From: Octopus sinensis
Lineage: Eukaryota
Direction of reading: 5' to 3'
NCBI RefSeq assembly: GCF_006345805.1
Contig: NC_043017.1
Span: 7,068,001 to 7,132,000 of the forward strand
Length of the DNA stretch: 64,000 bases
Below are positions 36,085 through 48,741 of this stretch, piece after piece. The notes beneath the pieces are model-generated. The model had not been told where the DNA came from. It did no database searches and saw only the letters and a list, made by a program, of their open reading frames with translations. How positions within the stretch are numbered: the stretch's first letter is position 1; each line of letters begins with the position of its first letter. The translations under genes and the position numbers were made by a program.

Positions 36085-36848
36085 TTGGGGAAATTTTGAA
36101 CCTGGGTTCTCATTCCTAAGGTATTTTTCGATGTTGTTATTATTGTTATTTTTCAGGTCACTGTCTGGAATCGGACTTGGAATCTTGGGGTTAGTAGCCC
36201 GCGCTCTTAACCACTACGCCAATATACCCTTGGGCATATCAGCCGAAACATTGTGTTAACAACAAACAAGATGAGGAGAAATATCCATCAAATGTAAATA
36301 ATGTACATAATTCCTCATCTCTTGAATATAGAACAGCTTAGCTGCAATATTTTAAGTAAAAAGTTTCTTCTTCTGTACTTTACCAGATGTAATAACTTGT
36401 CCTGTACTTTTCCAGGTTTATAATCTTAAGAATATTATTTCTTTTGCTCGCGTTTTTCCATGTAATCCATGTTTTTCCAGGCTATGCTATTTATGCTAAT
36501 TAATAATGTGTCAATTAGTAGTGTCGTTGATAATTTTTTCCTTACCTTAATGATGCTAGTGACATATATTAAAGTCCTCTTATAGAACTATATACATAAA
36601 AAAAGTATAGAACTATATTATCACCCTCAAATTTGAGAAACAAACACTTTGTCTTTTAAAACTTCATTGCATAAGATTGATACCATGAAATTCCTCGAAT
36701 TGAGCTCTATCATTTAAGCTTAATTAAAATATGGTTTGTTTTTAAAGCTAATTATACTTAAATGCAATTTGTTGCCTTATATTTATTATAACTTTTTTGA
36801 TACAAATTTTTGTTGCATGGGACAAAAACTACGAAATGATGATGATGA

Positions 36849-36883
<35 letters not shown>

Positions 36884-37113
36884 ACTTCATTGGTGCCAAG
36901 CTGTATCATCCTTTGCCTTTCCCTTGGATAGCATCAGTGGTGTGGAGAGGAGAGGCTGGTATGCATGGGCGACTGCTGGCCTTCCACAAACAATCTTGCT
37001 CTGACTTGTGCCTCAGAGGGTAACTTTCTAGGTGCAATCCCATGGACATTCATGACCGAAGGGGTCTCCTCCTCCAATATGTATATATATATGTGTGTAT
37101 ATGTATATATATA

Positions 37114-37319
37114 TGCAGGTGTACTGAAAAGTTCTTGGCTTTAGATAAAAGAAAATACGCGAGAATCAGTTATGATTTTATTCAACATATTGCCTTCTCA
37201 GATTCACACACTTATTGCAGCAGTCCTTCAGAATTTCTAAGCCCTGTAAATGAAGTCAGGACCTCCAACCAAGCCTTTTGCAATACCCATAAAGCCGGGA
37301 ACTTAACAGCAACCCTTCA
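37114..37319. mobile_element. mariner-type MITE, TA-flanked
   Basis: Ends tgcaggtgtactgaaaagttcttggcttt / aaagccgggaacttaacagcaacccttca; sister copy at ~41183-41399. Confidence 0.6.
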
Positions 37320-37331
37320 TATATATTACAT

Positions 37332-37504
37332 TACTCTTTTACTTGTTTCAGTCATTTGACTGCGGCCATGCTGGAGCACTGCCTTTAGTCGAGCAAATTG
37401 ATCCCAGTACTTATTCTATCTGTCTCTTTTGCCGAACCGCTAAGTAACGGGGACGTAAACACACCAGCATCGGTTGTCAAACAATGCTAGGGGGACAAAC
37501 ACAG

Positions 37505-37539
<35 letters not shown>

Positions 37540-37690
37540 CGACAGGCTTCTTTCAGTTTCCGTCTACCAAATCCACTCACAAGGCCTGGGGCTATAGCAG
37601 AAGACACTTGCCCAAGATGCCACGCAGTGGGACTGAACCCGGAACCATGTGGTTGGTCAGCAAGCTACTTACCACACAGCCACTCCTGCG

Positions 37691-37738
<48 letters not shown>

Positions 37739-37897
37739 CGACAGGCTTCTTTCAGTTTCCGTCTACCAAATCCACTCACAAGGCATTGGTCGGCCCGAGG
37801 CTATAGCAGAAGACACTTGCCCAAGGTGCCACGCAGTGGGACTGAACCCAGAACCATGTGGTTGGTTAGCAAGCTACTTACCACACAGCCACTCCTG
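37332..37897 (-). mobile_element. SINE family 1 with duplicated head half
   Basis: Segment gacaggcttctttcag..cacagccactcctg occurs twice (about 37540-37692 and 37740-37897). Confidence 0.75.
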
Positions 37898-38412
37898 ATG
37901 TATCATATGTATTATATATAAAACGTGTATGAATGTAGCTTACTGTTTCTTCTGTGTGTGTGTGTGTGTATACATTTATGAATTCTTTCATATACATACA
38001 TAAACATGTGCGTGTGTAGATAGCAACATCAGCTGTTTCTGGAAGAGGTTTCCCCCACCTCACCCCCATCGTTATTTTCCAGAAGGAACATTCTTCAGCA
38101 GCAGAGTAGCTTTAAATATTCTTAAGTTGGCAAGCTTACAGAATTCTTTCAAACAGCCTCCATCACAGGTGAAACATCTCTTCTTCCTCACAGGCCTCTA
38201 TCACACCACTGCCAACAGCCAAGCGTTTCACATTCGTATCTTTTCATTGGAGGTGTTCCATAGAGCAGACTTGTTAAACAGTGCTGTAGTAATCAGATCG
38301 TTGTTCTAACACCCACTCTTCCATGGGTTGGATGGAGTTTACAGAAATTTTTTTTCCATGGCTGGATGCCCTTCCCGTTGCCAATCCTTCATTAGCTCAT
38401 TTGATTTGAAGG

Positions 38413-39425
38413 TGATTTGGCTGCTGTTTCTAGCAAGTCAGAAAACCACTTAGAGAAGCCTGTCATTGGTTTGTGATTTGGCTGCTATTTCTAGCAAGTC
38501 AGAAAACTACATGGAAAGGCCTGTCATTGGTTTACGATTTGGTTGCTATTTCTAGCAGGTCAGAAAACCACATAGAGAGGCCTGTCAGTGGTTTGTGATT
38601 TGGCTGCTATTTCTAGCAAGTCAGAAAACCACATGGAGGGGCCTGTCATTGGTTTGTGATTTGGCTGCTATTTCTAGCAAGTCAGAAAACCACATTGAGG
38701 GGACCTGTCATTGGTTTGCGATTTGGCTGCTATTTCTAGCAAGTCAGACACCCACATAGCGGGGGGGGGTGTCATTGGTTTGTAATTTGGCTGCTATTTC
38801 TAGCAAGTGAGAAAACCACATATAGGTGCCTATTGCTGGTTTGTGATTTGGCTAGTTTCTAGCAAGTCATGTAATTTGGATGCTATTTTTAGTAAGTCAG
38901 AAAATCACCTAGCGAGCTCCTTGTAGGCTGCTATTTCTAGAAAATCTTATAGAGGGTCCTTCATTGAGTAATGTAATTTAAGGGTGATTTGGATGTTATC
39001 TCTAGCAAGTCAGAAAAGCCACATAGACGGCTCTTCATTGGCTTGTGATTTGACTGCTATTTCTAGCAAGTCAGAAAACCACAAAGGGTCCAATTTATTG
39101 GCTCATGTGATTTAGCTGCTATTTCTAGTAAGTCAGAAAACCACAGAGGGCTCCTCGTTGGCTCAAGTGATTTGGTTGCTATTTTTAGCAAGTCAGAAAA
39201 CTACAGGGCTCTTGTTTACTTGTGTGATTTGGCTGCTATTTCCAGCAAGTCAAGCAACTATGTTGAGGCTCCCTCATTAGGTCATGTCATTTGAGTGAAA
39301 AGTGAACCCCTTGTTGGCTCATGATTTGACTGTTATTTCCAGCAAGTCAGGCAACTATGTAGAGGCTCCCTCGTTGGGTCATGTCATTTGAGTGAGATCT
39401 GGCTGCTATCTCTAGCAGGACATAG
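38413..39425. repeat. 61-bp minisatellite, about 16-17 degenerate units
   Basis: tgatttggctgctatttctagcaagtcagaaaaccac at 38413, 38474, 38535, 38596, 38657.. Confidence 0.9.
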
Positions 39426-42400
39426 AAGCCCCTTGTTAGCTCACCTTTTTCATATATTACTCCTGTTTTATATTTCAGTGTTTTACCTTCTTTTAAAATA
39501 TGTTTGCAGACTCCCCTGGCACCTGTGCCGGTGGCACATAAAAAGCACCTACTACACTCTCGGAGTGGTTGGCGTTAGGAAGGGCATCCAGCTGTAGAAA
39601 CACTGCCAGATCAGACTGGAACCTGGTGCAGCCTCTTGGCTTCCCAGACCCCAGTCGAACAGTCCAACCCCTGCTAGCACAGAAAACAGACGTTAAACAA
39701 TGATGATGATGTTCAATTCTAGCCTTGGAGCTGCTATGGCTTTCATTCATTCTTTTGCTATTTACATGAAAGAGAGGTTATCTTCCTATCCCAGAGAAAA
39801 TTCATTTCTCATCCGCAAAAACTTGAGCTGTTTGGATTCTTTCCTTTTACTTATTATAGTCATTAGACTGTGGCCATGCTGGGGCACCGACTTGAAATCC
39901 CTACCACCAGTAATTATTTTTTTTTTAAAGTTTGGCACTTATTCTATCAGCCTCTTGCTGAAGTTACAGGGACATAAACGAACCAACACCAGATGTCAAG
40001 CAGTGGTGCGAACAAACCCAAACAATAAAGTCACATAGGACAGGCTTCTTTCAGTTTCTATCAACCAAATCCACTCACAAGGATTTGGTTGGCCCAGGGC
40101 TGTAGTAGAAGACTATAGGCCAAGGTGCCATGCAGTGGGGCTGAACCCAGAACCATGTGGTTGGAAGTGAACTTCTTACCACACTACCATGCTCTGGTGT
40201 TATTTCTTAGATTTTAAATTCTTTCCCAGGAAAGAACTCACTGAACAACACAGGCACAGCTATGTGGTTAAGAGGTTTGCTGCGTAAACACATGGTTCCA
40301 GGTTCAATTCCACTGCATGGTATTTTAGAGGCAGGTATCTTCCACCATAGATGAGGGCTGACCTTTACTTTGTGAGGGACATTTGGTGAAGAAATTATGT
40401 AGATGGGCAGTTAAGTAGTTTTCCTCCTAGCCACATAATGTTGGGGTTCAATCCCATTGCATAACATCTTGGGCAAGTGTCTTCCACTAAAGCCATGGGC
40501 TAAACAAAGCTTTGTGATTTGATAAATAGAAACAGAAAGCCTATCATATATGTATATATGAGGTGTAGAAAAGTTCCTGGCTTTGGGTATATATATATAT
40601 GTGGAGGCGCAATGGCCCAGTGGTTAGGGCAGCGGACTCGCGGTTTCGATTCCCAGACCGGGCATTGTGTGTGTTTATTGAGCGAAAACACCTAAAAAGC
40701 TCCACGAGGCTCCGGCAGGGGGTGGTGATCCCTGCTGTACTCTTTCTTCTGTTGGCCTGCTCGCTTAGCCAGCAGGGTGGCGTCATTCGAAGGCTAAAAC
40801 AATGCGAATGCATTGTGACCAGCGATGTGTAACAACATCTGATGGTCTGGTCGGTCACGTTATATATATATAATATATATATATATTATATATATATATA
40901 TAATATATATATATATATATAATCATTGCTATTATGTTAAACTGTCGCGTATCCAAATATGGTCAAATGCATTTTTTTTCTCAATATTATTTTTGCTTGC
41001 AACAGGTCAAACTATAGTATCTCCAGCTGCTTCAGATGCCAAGGTATCAAAAATTGTCAAAGTGTAATAGAACGGTTTTGCTATGGAATGGTGAAACTAT
41101 TTTTGTGCTTTCTGAAAAAAGCAAAGTTTTGGACTTACGACACTTTTGCATAATAGCAACGATGTATATGTGTATGTGTGTCTAAGGGGATGCTGAGAAG
41201 TTCCTGGTTTTGAGTAAAAATAAAATACAGGAGGATCAGTTGAATATGATTTTATTCAACATATTCTCCTCTCAGATTTACACACACGGCAGCAGTCCTT
41301 TGGTTTTCCAAGCCCCGTAAGAAAGAACCTGGCAGGTCGGGCCTCCAAACAGAACTTTCGTGATACCCTTAAAACCAGGGACTTTCCAGCACACCATTGT
41401 ATGTGTGGATGTTAACGTGTGATCCCACTACACCTCTGGTGTGTGTGTCCATAGCTTACATCGGACATGGCTTAAAGAATTTATCCTTATTCCTCTTCTG
41501 CTTATCAAATATGGCTTTCTCCCAGATTTCTGTTTCCTTTCTTACTTACCGAAATCTTCATCATTGCCAAGTTTTCCCTAAGGCCTCTCATTGTGACCAG
41601 TGATGTGTAACATCTGATAGTCTGGTCAGTCATGTGATTATGTGATATGCGTGTGTGTTGGTTTGTTTCCTTTTTTTTATATCGCATGGTAATTGTAGAC
41701 AAGTTCTACTGTAATACAAGGAGTGTTAATATCTATTCTTCTATGAAAACATATCTGACCATGGGGGGGGGGAATAGATGAGGGTTGGTGACAGAAAAGG
41801 CATCTAAACATAGGCAGCCTGCTTCAATAAACTGTTGGTCCCATGCAAGCATGGTAAACCAGAGCTTAAAAGGATGGTGATGATGTGGGTTGGAAACTGG
41901 TACATTTGAACAGAAATACCTTGTGGTATTTACATCCAGTTGAATTATCTCCCTTCCTGCCAATGTCCATTTTGCATTGTCTTATCATAGTAGATAACAG
42001 GGAAGGCACATTGCTAAGTGGTGAAGGTATTCGGCTCACGATCATAACGTCACGAGTACAAATTCCTGACAGCGCATTGTGGGCTTAAGCAAGACTCTTT
42101 ATTTCACGTCGCTTCAGTCCTCTCAGCCGGCAAAAATGAGTAGTACCTATAATTCAAAGGGGCCAGCCTTGTCACATTCTGTGGAGTACTCAGCCACTTG
42201 CATATTAATTTCACAAGCTGGGGGTTCTGTTGATTGGATAAACTGGAACACTCATTAGTCATGACTGATGGAGCATCAGTTTGTATCCAACAGTGGAAAT
42301 TATTCTCCATTAAATTTCCTTACTTTAAACTTTGTAAATTTTATTTCTTAAATTACGTTTCCATTATTTTACCTTTCCATTTCAGTCACCTTGAAGGGCT

Positions 42401-43440
42401 TAGTCAAACAAATTGACCCCAGTAATTATTTAACTTCACAGTTAAAGGGTTATACAAAGCAATACTGTCTACATAGTCGGTGATAGGAAGGGTATCCAAC
42501 TGTAAAAACCCAGTCTCAAATAACTCCTTGTTCAAACCCATGCTAGCTTGGAGAAACAGATGTTAACCCTTTTACGGCAGAAATCAGTTTTGTACACCAA
42601 CCTATCTCTGGTTGAAGAATGTTATGTTTGAAACTTTTTTTCTCTTTTCTTTGGAGATATGACATATGTTTATTTAGACTTGCAGAAAATATCAATTCTA
42701 ATTTTTGGTACATCGTTACTGGAATAACGATGGAAGTTAATTCTGAAGTTAACGGATTAAATGAAGCAACACTCCCTACTGTAGATAGGTAAGGTATCTA
42801 GCTGCAAAAACCTAACCTCAAATAACTTCTCTGAACCTATGTTGGCATGAAGAAACAGATGTTAACCTTTCGACTTCAGAAATCAGTTCTCTATAGCAAT
42901 CTATCTTCTGTTGAGATATGTCAAGTACCGTGACTAGCATAAAAGCTTCTGGTTTGTATATTATGTCCAACATTATATCAACAAAAGAAAGGTGGCAAGC
43001 TGGCAGAAACGTTAGTACGCCAGTGGTGTTTTGTCTGTCTTTACATTCTGAGTTCAAAATAACTCTGTTGAGTTATTCTTATTTCACATTTTATTTCTGA
43101 ACTTTTCAAATTGTAAAGCTGACTTATGGACATCCTGTGCACATAGACCTATTTCCAAACAAAGTTAATATCTCCCCCCAGGACCAGAGAAGTTTCCGCA
43201 AAAAGTTGGAAGCGAACAACACTGCTTGAATGATGGTGACTCCTTCATAACTATTGGGTAACATCAACAGAAGAAGACTCCACCACCGACTCACGTGTGT
43301 GTATGTGAGTCTGTGTGTGTGTCATTGACAGATCTTACAAAGTGACTCAAAGACAGAGAAGTTCAAATATGTCACTTATCAAATATATGCATATATATAT
43401 ATATACATACATATGTATATATACAACTATATATATATTT

Positions 43441-43817
43441 ATAGGCGCAGGTGTGGTTGTGTGGTAAGTAGCCTGCTTACCAACCACACGGTTCTGGGTT
43501 CAGTCCCACTGCGTGGCACCTTGGGAGAGTGTCTTCTACTATAGCTTCGGGCCGACCAAAGCCTTGTGATGGTATTTGGTAGATGGAAACTGAAAGAAGC
43601 CTGTCGTATATATGTGTGTCTGTGTTTGTCCCCCCAACATTGCTTGACAACCGATGCTGGTATGTTTACGTCCCCGTTACTTAGCGGTTCGGCAAAAGAG
43701 ACCGATAGAATAAGTACTAGGCTTACAAAGAATAAGACCTGGGGTCGATTTGCTCGACTAAAAGGCGGTGCTCCAGCATGGCTGCAGTCAAATGACTGAA
43801 ACAAGTAAAAAAGAAAG
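43441..43817 (+). mobile_element. SINE family 1
   Basis: Same consensus. Confidence 0.8.
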
Positions 43818-43831
43818 ATATATATGCACAA

Positions 43832-44176
43832 TCTTTTACTTGTTTCAGTCATTTGACTGCGGCCATGCTGGGGCATCATCTTGACGGGTTTAAGTTGAAG
43901 AATTGCTCCCAGGTCTTATTTTTTAAAGCCTAGTACTTATTCGACTGGTCTCTTTTGCCGAACTGCTAAGTTACAGGGACATAAACCCAGACGCAAACAG
44001 AGATATATACAACAGGTTTCTTTCAGTTTCCATCCATCAGATCCACTCACAAGGCTTTGGTTGGCCGAAAGCTGTAGTAGAAGACACTTGCCCAAGGTGG
44101 CATGCACTGGGACTGAACCTGGAACCATGTGGTTAAGAAGCAAACTTCTTATTTACACAGCCACACCTGTGCCTAT
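43832..44176 (-). mobile_element. SINE family 1, inverted relative to its neighbour
   Basis: Reverse complement of the consensus, starting about 15 bp after the + copy. Confidence 0.75.
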
Positions 44177-45131
44177 ATATGTATGTATGTATGAATATAT
44201 TTATATATATGTGCCATATGTAACGCTCTTGGACCTCACATCATTTTGAAACCATTATTATAAGTATTATTTTCCAGCTCTCAATGTTCTGAGTTCAAAT
44301 TCTGCCATGGTTGACTTTGTCTCCATCATTTCAGGGTTGATAAAAGAAGTAACAGACTTCATCCACAATACCACTGGCTTTGTGCCAAAATTCGAAACCT
44401 TTCTTCTTGTTATTATTAATTCTAAATCTTTTAGGAATAAGCCTAACTCATGCAAGCATGGAAAAATAGACATTAAAATGATGATGGTGATGAGGATGAT
44501 AACTTTGATTATTATTATTATTATCATTATACTTATCATCATTCTTATTATTAATAAATCTTTTAGAAATATTTTATTATCATAATTTCCAAAAATTCAA
44601 ATTCGACTTTTTTTTTTTTTTAGCAGACTTCATGTTTTCTACATCAAAACATTTGCACCTAAATGATTAACAAATTTTAAAATAATCCAAATTAATTAAC
44701 CAAAAAAAGAAAATTAAATTAAAAGAATTAAAATGATTCTAAGCTATGCATGTATCAAATGAAGAAGTTTTAGCAATGAAAATATTTCTTTTCTTTTCAA
44801 AAGACATTCCTGACAGGAAGGAACTGGTATCAAAGAGATCCCTATTTTTTTTTTTTTTTATAAGACTAAAAAGAAAACCAAAAGGTTGTTGTTGTTGTTG
44901 TTGTAGGGGCAGTTATTTGGCTATGGTGAAACAAAGAATTATGGAATTAAAAGTTTGGAGTATAAAATGACATCAAACCCTTTTCCCCGACCCTCTCAGT
45001 CGAAGTTGGATTTAAGTTTTTTTCGTAAAATAAATACATGAAAGAATTCCTCAAACCCCTAAAACCTAACCATCACTCGACCATGTATTTCTGAAGGACA
45101 TTCTTCTAAACTGGACACACACACATAAAAA

Positions 45132-45180
<49 letters not shown>

Positions 45181-45436
45181 TAGATAAACACACACACATA
45201 TATTATTCTTTACTACCCACAAGGGGCTAAACACAGAGAGGACAAACAAGGACAGACAAACGGACTAAATTGATTATACCGACCCCAGTGCGTAACTGGT
45301 ACTTATTTAATCGACCCCGAAAGGATGAAAGGCAAAGTCGACCTCGGCGGAAATTGAACTCAGAACGTAGCGACAGACGAAATACTGCTAAGCATTTCGC
45401 CCGGTGTGCTAACGTTTCTGCCAGCTCGCCGCCTTA

Positions 45437-45469
<33 letters not shown>

Positions 45470-45529
45470 TGTACATACATATATACACATTTACACACAA
45501 AGACAAACTGAAATGTAAGTTCTCAGCAG

Positions 45530-45780
45530 TCATTGTGGTGGCTCGCAACAGCTTTGAGCAAACAGCCCTGGAGCGAACAGAATGGAGATCATCGTGTCAA
45601 AATGGGTACAAGAGACTGTTTCAACCAGCATTAACAGGTGAATGGTTGCAAGACAAAGGAGAAGAGCGGCTGCAAAAGCACCGCCTGCACTGACCCGTAA
45701 TCCTTATACTTGCAACATCTGCGGCCCACTTTGTAAATTGGTGGCACAGGCCTCAAATGTCACATTCGACGACATAAGCA
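45530..45780 (+). mobile_element. RTE-like LINE 3' fragment
   Basis: FEQTALERTEWRSSCQNG.. then PYTCNICGPLCK..GLKCH (frameshifted C-terminal zinc finger). Confidence 0.55.
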
Positions 45781-46199
45781 TTATGGCTGGCTAAGAAAGT
45801 GCAGGTTGTTAGATCCTCATGTTGAAACCAACAGTGGAGTCATGTCTACACACACACACACATAGTAATCTGTGTATGGATATATATATATATATATACA
45901 TACACACATACATACACAGAGTGAGCCAAAAGTCATACACCAAAATATCTGACATTTTATTCATATTATTATTATTGTTGTTATTATTCATTTTGTTTAT
46001 CATGTGCAAGTATGTGTGTATACACCATTATTTTATTTATTTTATTCAATTTTAGAAAACTTGAAGCATGTCTTTGACAATTCCGGAGTGTAGTGAACTT
46101 ATTTTGTGCATGACTTTCGGCCCACCATACACACCCACACAAATATATAGGTACACATACATATGCACGTATAGTTTGATGCAAACACACATGTTTATA

Positions 46200-46434
46200 T
46201 ATAGTTAAAAAAAGTAAAAGAAAGTTGGAAGAGGCATGGATGTATATTTTAGAGAATGTTTAATAAAATATTACCGGTTTCAATGTATCCATCTTAGCAA
46301 ATATGGTAAATATTAAAAATGGTGTTTTCTCTCTGACTCTCCACCAAAATTCTAATATCCATAATGTTTTATTAAACATTCTCTAAAATATACTTCCATG
46401 CCTTTTCCAACTTCATTTACGTTCTTTAACTATA
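46200..46434. mobile_element. TA-flanked MITE with ~73-bp TIRs
   Basis: tatagttaaa..ggcatgga.gtatattttagagaatgtttaataaaa and its reverse complement. Confidence 0.75.
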
Positions 46435-47279
46435 ATTTTTGATTTGTATGGACTCACAACCACTTTTCATCTAATATATATATATATATACACATACATA
46501 CATACAGACAAACAAATGGCTGATGACTAGCATCGCACTTGAAACTCAAAAGTACCAACGAATTTGAATCAAACTGTTTGGATCCATCCATATATATATA
46601 TATATTTATATTTATGCATGTGTGTGTAAATATATATACAAACATATGTATACTGTATTTCATGGCAATACAAGACACACCCCAACACATATACCCCAAA
46701 TATATCTCACTGAAACCACCCTAGTTCCTATACACCATGATGAACCAGCCATAAGCAAATATTGTCCCTGACACCATCTATGCACTGCAGAATATTTGGG
46801 TGCAGCCAATATACCAACGCTTCTTTCATGTTATCAAGCACAATATGCATACCCCCTTCACACATATGTATGTGCATGCGTGTGTGTGTATATATATATA
46901 TATACTCACACGCAACACATACACAGATGATGCAGGAGAAAGCAAGTGATTTCAGTTGAAACATTTCTCAATTATTTGTCCAATAAACAAATATTATTAT
47001 AACTTAATTTATAAAAGACATGGAAGAGTAGAGGTCGGGTGGGAGGAGGAAGAGGAATGGAGTATTTACCCCAAAATTTGTCAAATTATTATTGTGGTTT
47101 TGTTTGAAGAACTCTAAAATAATTATAGAAAAAAAAAAAGAAAGACAGAAAGGAAGAAAGAAATATGAAAATAAAATCAATACCAGATAATGATAGATCA
47201 CGTGTGGAATCTCGCTTTGGGAAATGCAGAGAAACAGTGAAGAATATCGAACAGTATGGTATGTAGGGTACTAGCTGAG

Positions 47280-47880
47280 ATATCAGATCAAAAAAACCAC
47301 TCTCTGATATCAGGTGATATTTGCGGGGGGGAAAAATAGTGTGAAATCAGAGGAAAACATCTCTGTGATATTATAAAGATATCAAAGGAGAAACACACTG
47401 TGTGATATCATAAGATATTGGAGATGTAAAAAAAAAATTATAATAATAAAAATTGTGATATAGAAGGAAGAATGGAGAGAAGGAGAGGGGTGAGTTTATT
47501 CTTTGATATGAGGAAGATATTAGAGGAAAAAAACTGCCTTGTGATATCAGTGGGGAAATGTACTATGATATTAGAAGATATCAAAGAAAAGAAATAATGA
47601 TATTAAAAAAAAACTCTTTGTGATATGATACGAAGGGGTTAATGTAGGGTACTGTTTGATATCGGGGGTGGGTTGGGTGGGGGAGAAAATACACTGTTTG
47701 ATACTGGATGGGAAGGAGGGGGGAGTCTGTAATATCAGGGGAGAGAACACTGTATGATATCAGGAGATATGAGAGTAGAAAAAAAACCACTGTGATATTA
47801 AGGAGATATCATTTATGTTTGTTTAGAGGGAAGAACAAGGATGAGAGCAGGAGAAACCAGTGTGTGATATTCATGTAAAT
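47280..47880. repeat. Degenerate purine-rich tandem array with recurring TGTGATATC motif
   Basis: About 15 (tg)tgatat(c/t) motifs preceded by gagaaa-like runs. Confidence 0.6.
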
Positions 47881-48183
47881 ATTTATAGAAAGATATAGAG
47901 ATAGAGCTAGGGTGTATAAAAATGTGAAATGAAAACATTACATATATATATATATATATATGAGGTAATATACATACATACACATATATGGATGTATTTG
48001 AGTAGTTGAATGAATTATCTTATGGATAATTCGGTTAACCGATACCTGGGTAGCAAATTCACGTCAGAAAAACACGGTTGAAGCTACTTGCCAAGGGCAG
48101 AGATCACGTGCTTTCGTGTGGAAATTTGTGTGTTTTTTTAATTACAAATAAATGAAAGAATGGATTTGAATAACGAATTAACA

Positions 48184-48265
48184 AAATTCCTTTATTCTCG
48201 ACATATGTTTCGAAGGAATAAGGGGTGCATTATGCCGCCTTCTCATCAGGAAAAACAAGGAACTT
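48184..48265 (-). ncRNA. Type I hammerhead ribozyme, family D (left arm of palindrome)
   Basis: Exact reverse complement of 48309-48390; predicted cleavage 3' of C at 48200 on -. Confidence 0.85.
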
Positions 48266-48308
48266 ATGTCAATCATCTAAAAGTTTTTGTGCATCTTGAT
48301 GCTGACAT

Positions 48309-48390
48309 AAGTTCCTTGTTTTTCCTGATGAGAAGGCGGCATAATGCACCCCTTATTCCTTCGAAACATATGTCGAGAATAAAGGAATTT
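48309..48390 (+). ncRNA. Type I hammerhead ribozyme, family D (right arm of palindrome)
   Basis: Canonical core CUGAUGA (48325-31), stem II GAAGG/CCUUC, GAAAC-AUAU-GUC (cleavage after 48374), stem I of 5 bp + 2x2 loop + 9 bp. Confidence 0.85.
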
Positions 48391-48615
48391 TGTTAATTCA
48401 TCGTTCAACTCCATTCTTTCATATATGGATGTGTGTATATCTATGTATAAAGAGAGGAAGAGAGAGAGAGCGTAATAGAGAAAGGGATTGGATGTATAGA
48501 AATGTGAAGTGAAAAATATATATATATATGTGTGTGGGTGTATATATATATATATATATGTGTGTATGTGAGTGTGTATATATGAATTGCAAATACGACT
48601 AACTAATGACATTGT

Positions 48616-48621
48616 TTTATT
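48616..48621 (-). promoter_or_regulatory. Candidate poly(A) signal of the SMAP-like gene
   Basis: AATAAA on - (tttatt on +) about 120 nt after the stop codon. Confidence 0.5.
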
Positions 48622-48741
48622 TGTGGTGAGCCAAGAAGGACTGACCAGACATTGGTTAAAAACAACACAGGTGACATGGACATGGAAAATGAGATGACAA
48701 GAAATGTAAAATGTTTTAGGAAATATAAATCCAATGTTTCA

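Larger units (their letters stand above)
48152..48422. repeat. Long inverted repeat (120-bp arms, 97 bp perfect, 31-nt spacer)
   Basis: 48175-48271 is the exact reverse complement of 48303-48399. Confidence 0.95.

Noticed and set aside
38413-39425. Regularly spaced repeats as CRISPR-like arrays (also 4460-4975 and 9881-10320)
   Set aside because: The 'spacers' are homologous to each other, the context is eukaryotic and no cas genes are present; these are minisatellites.
47990-48130. Promoter-like cluster (CACGTG, TGACGT on -, TCGGTTAACCGA palindrome)
   Set aside because: Short motifs are expected by chance and no associated gene start was found; insufficient support.
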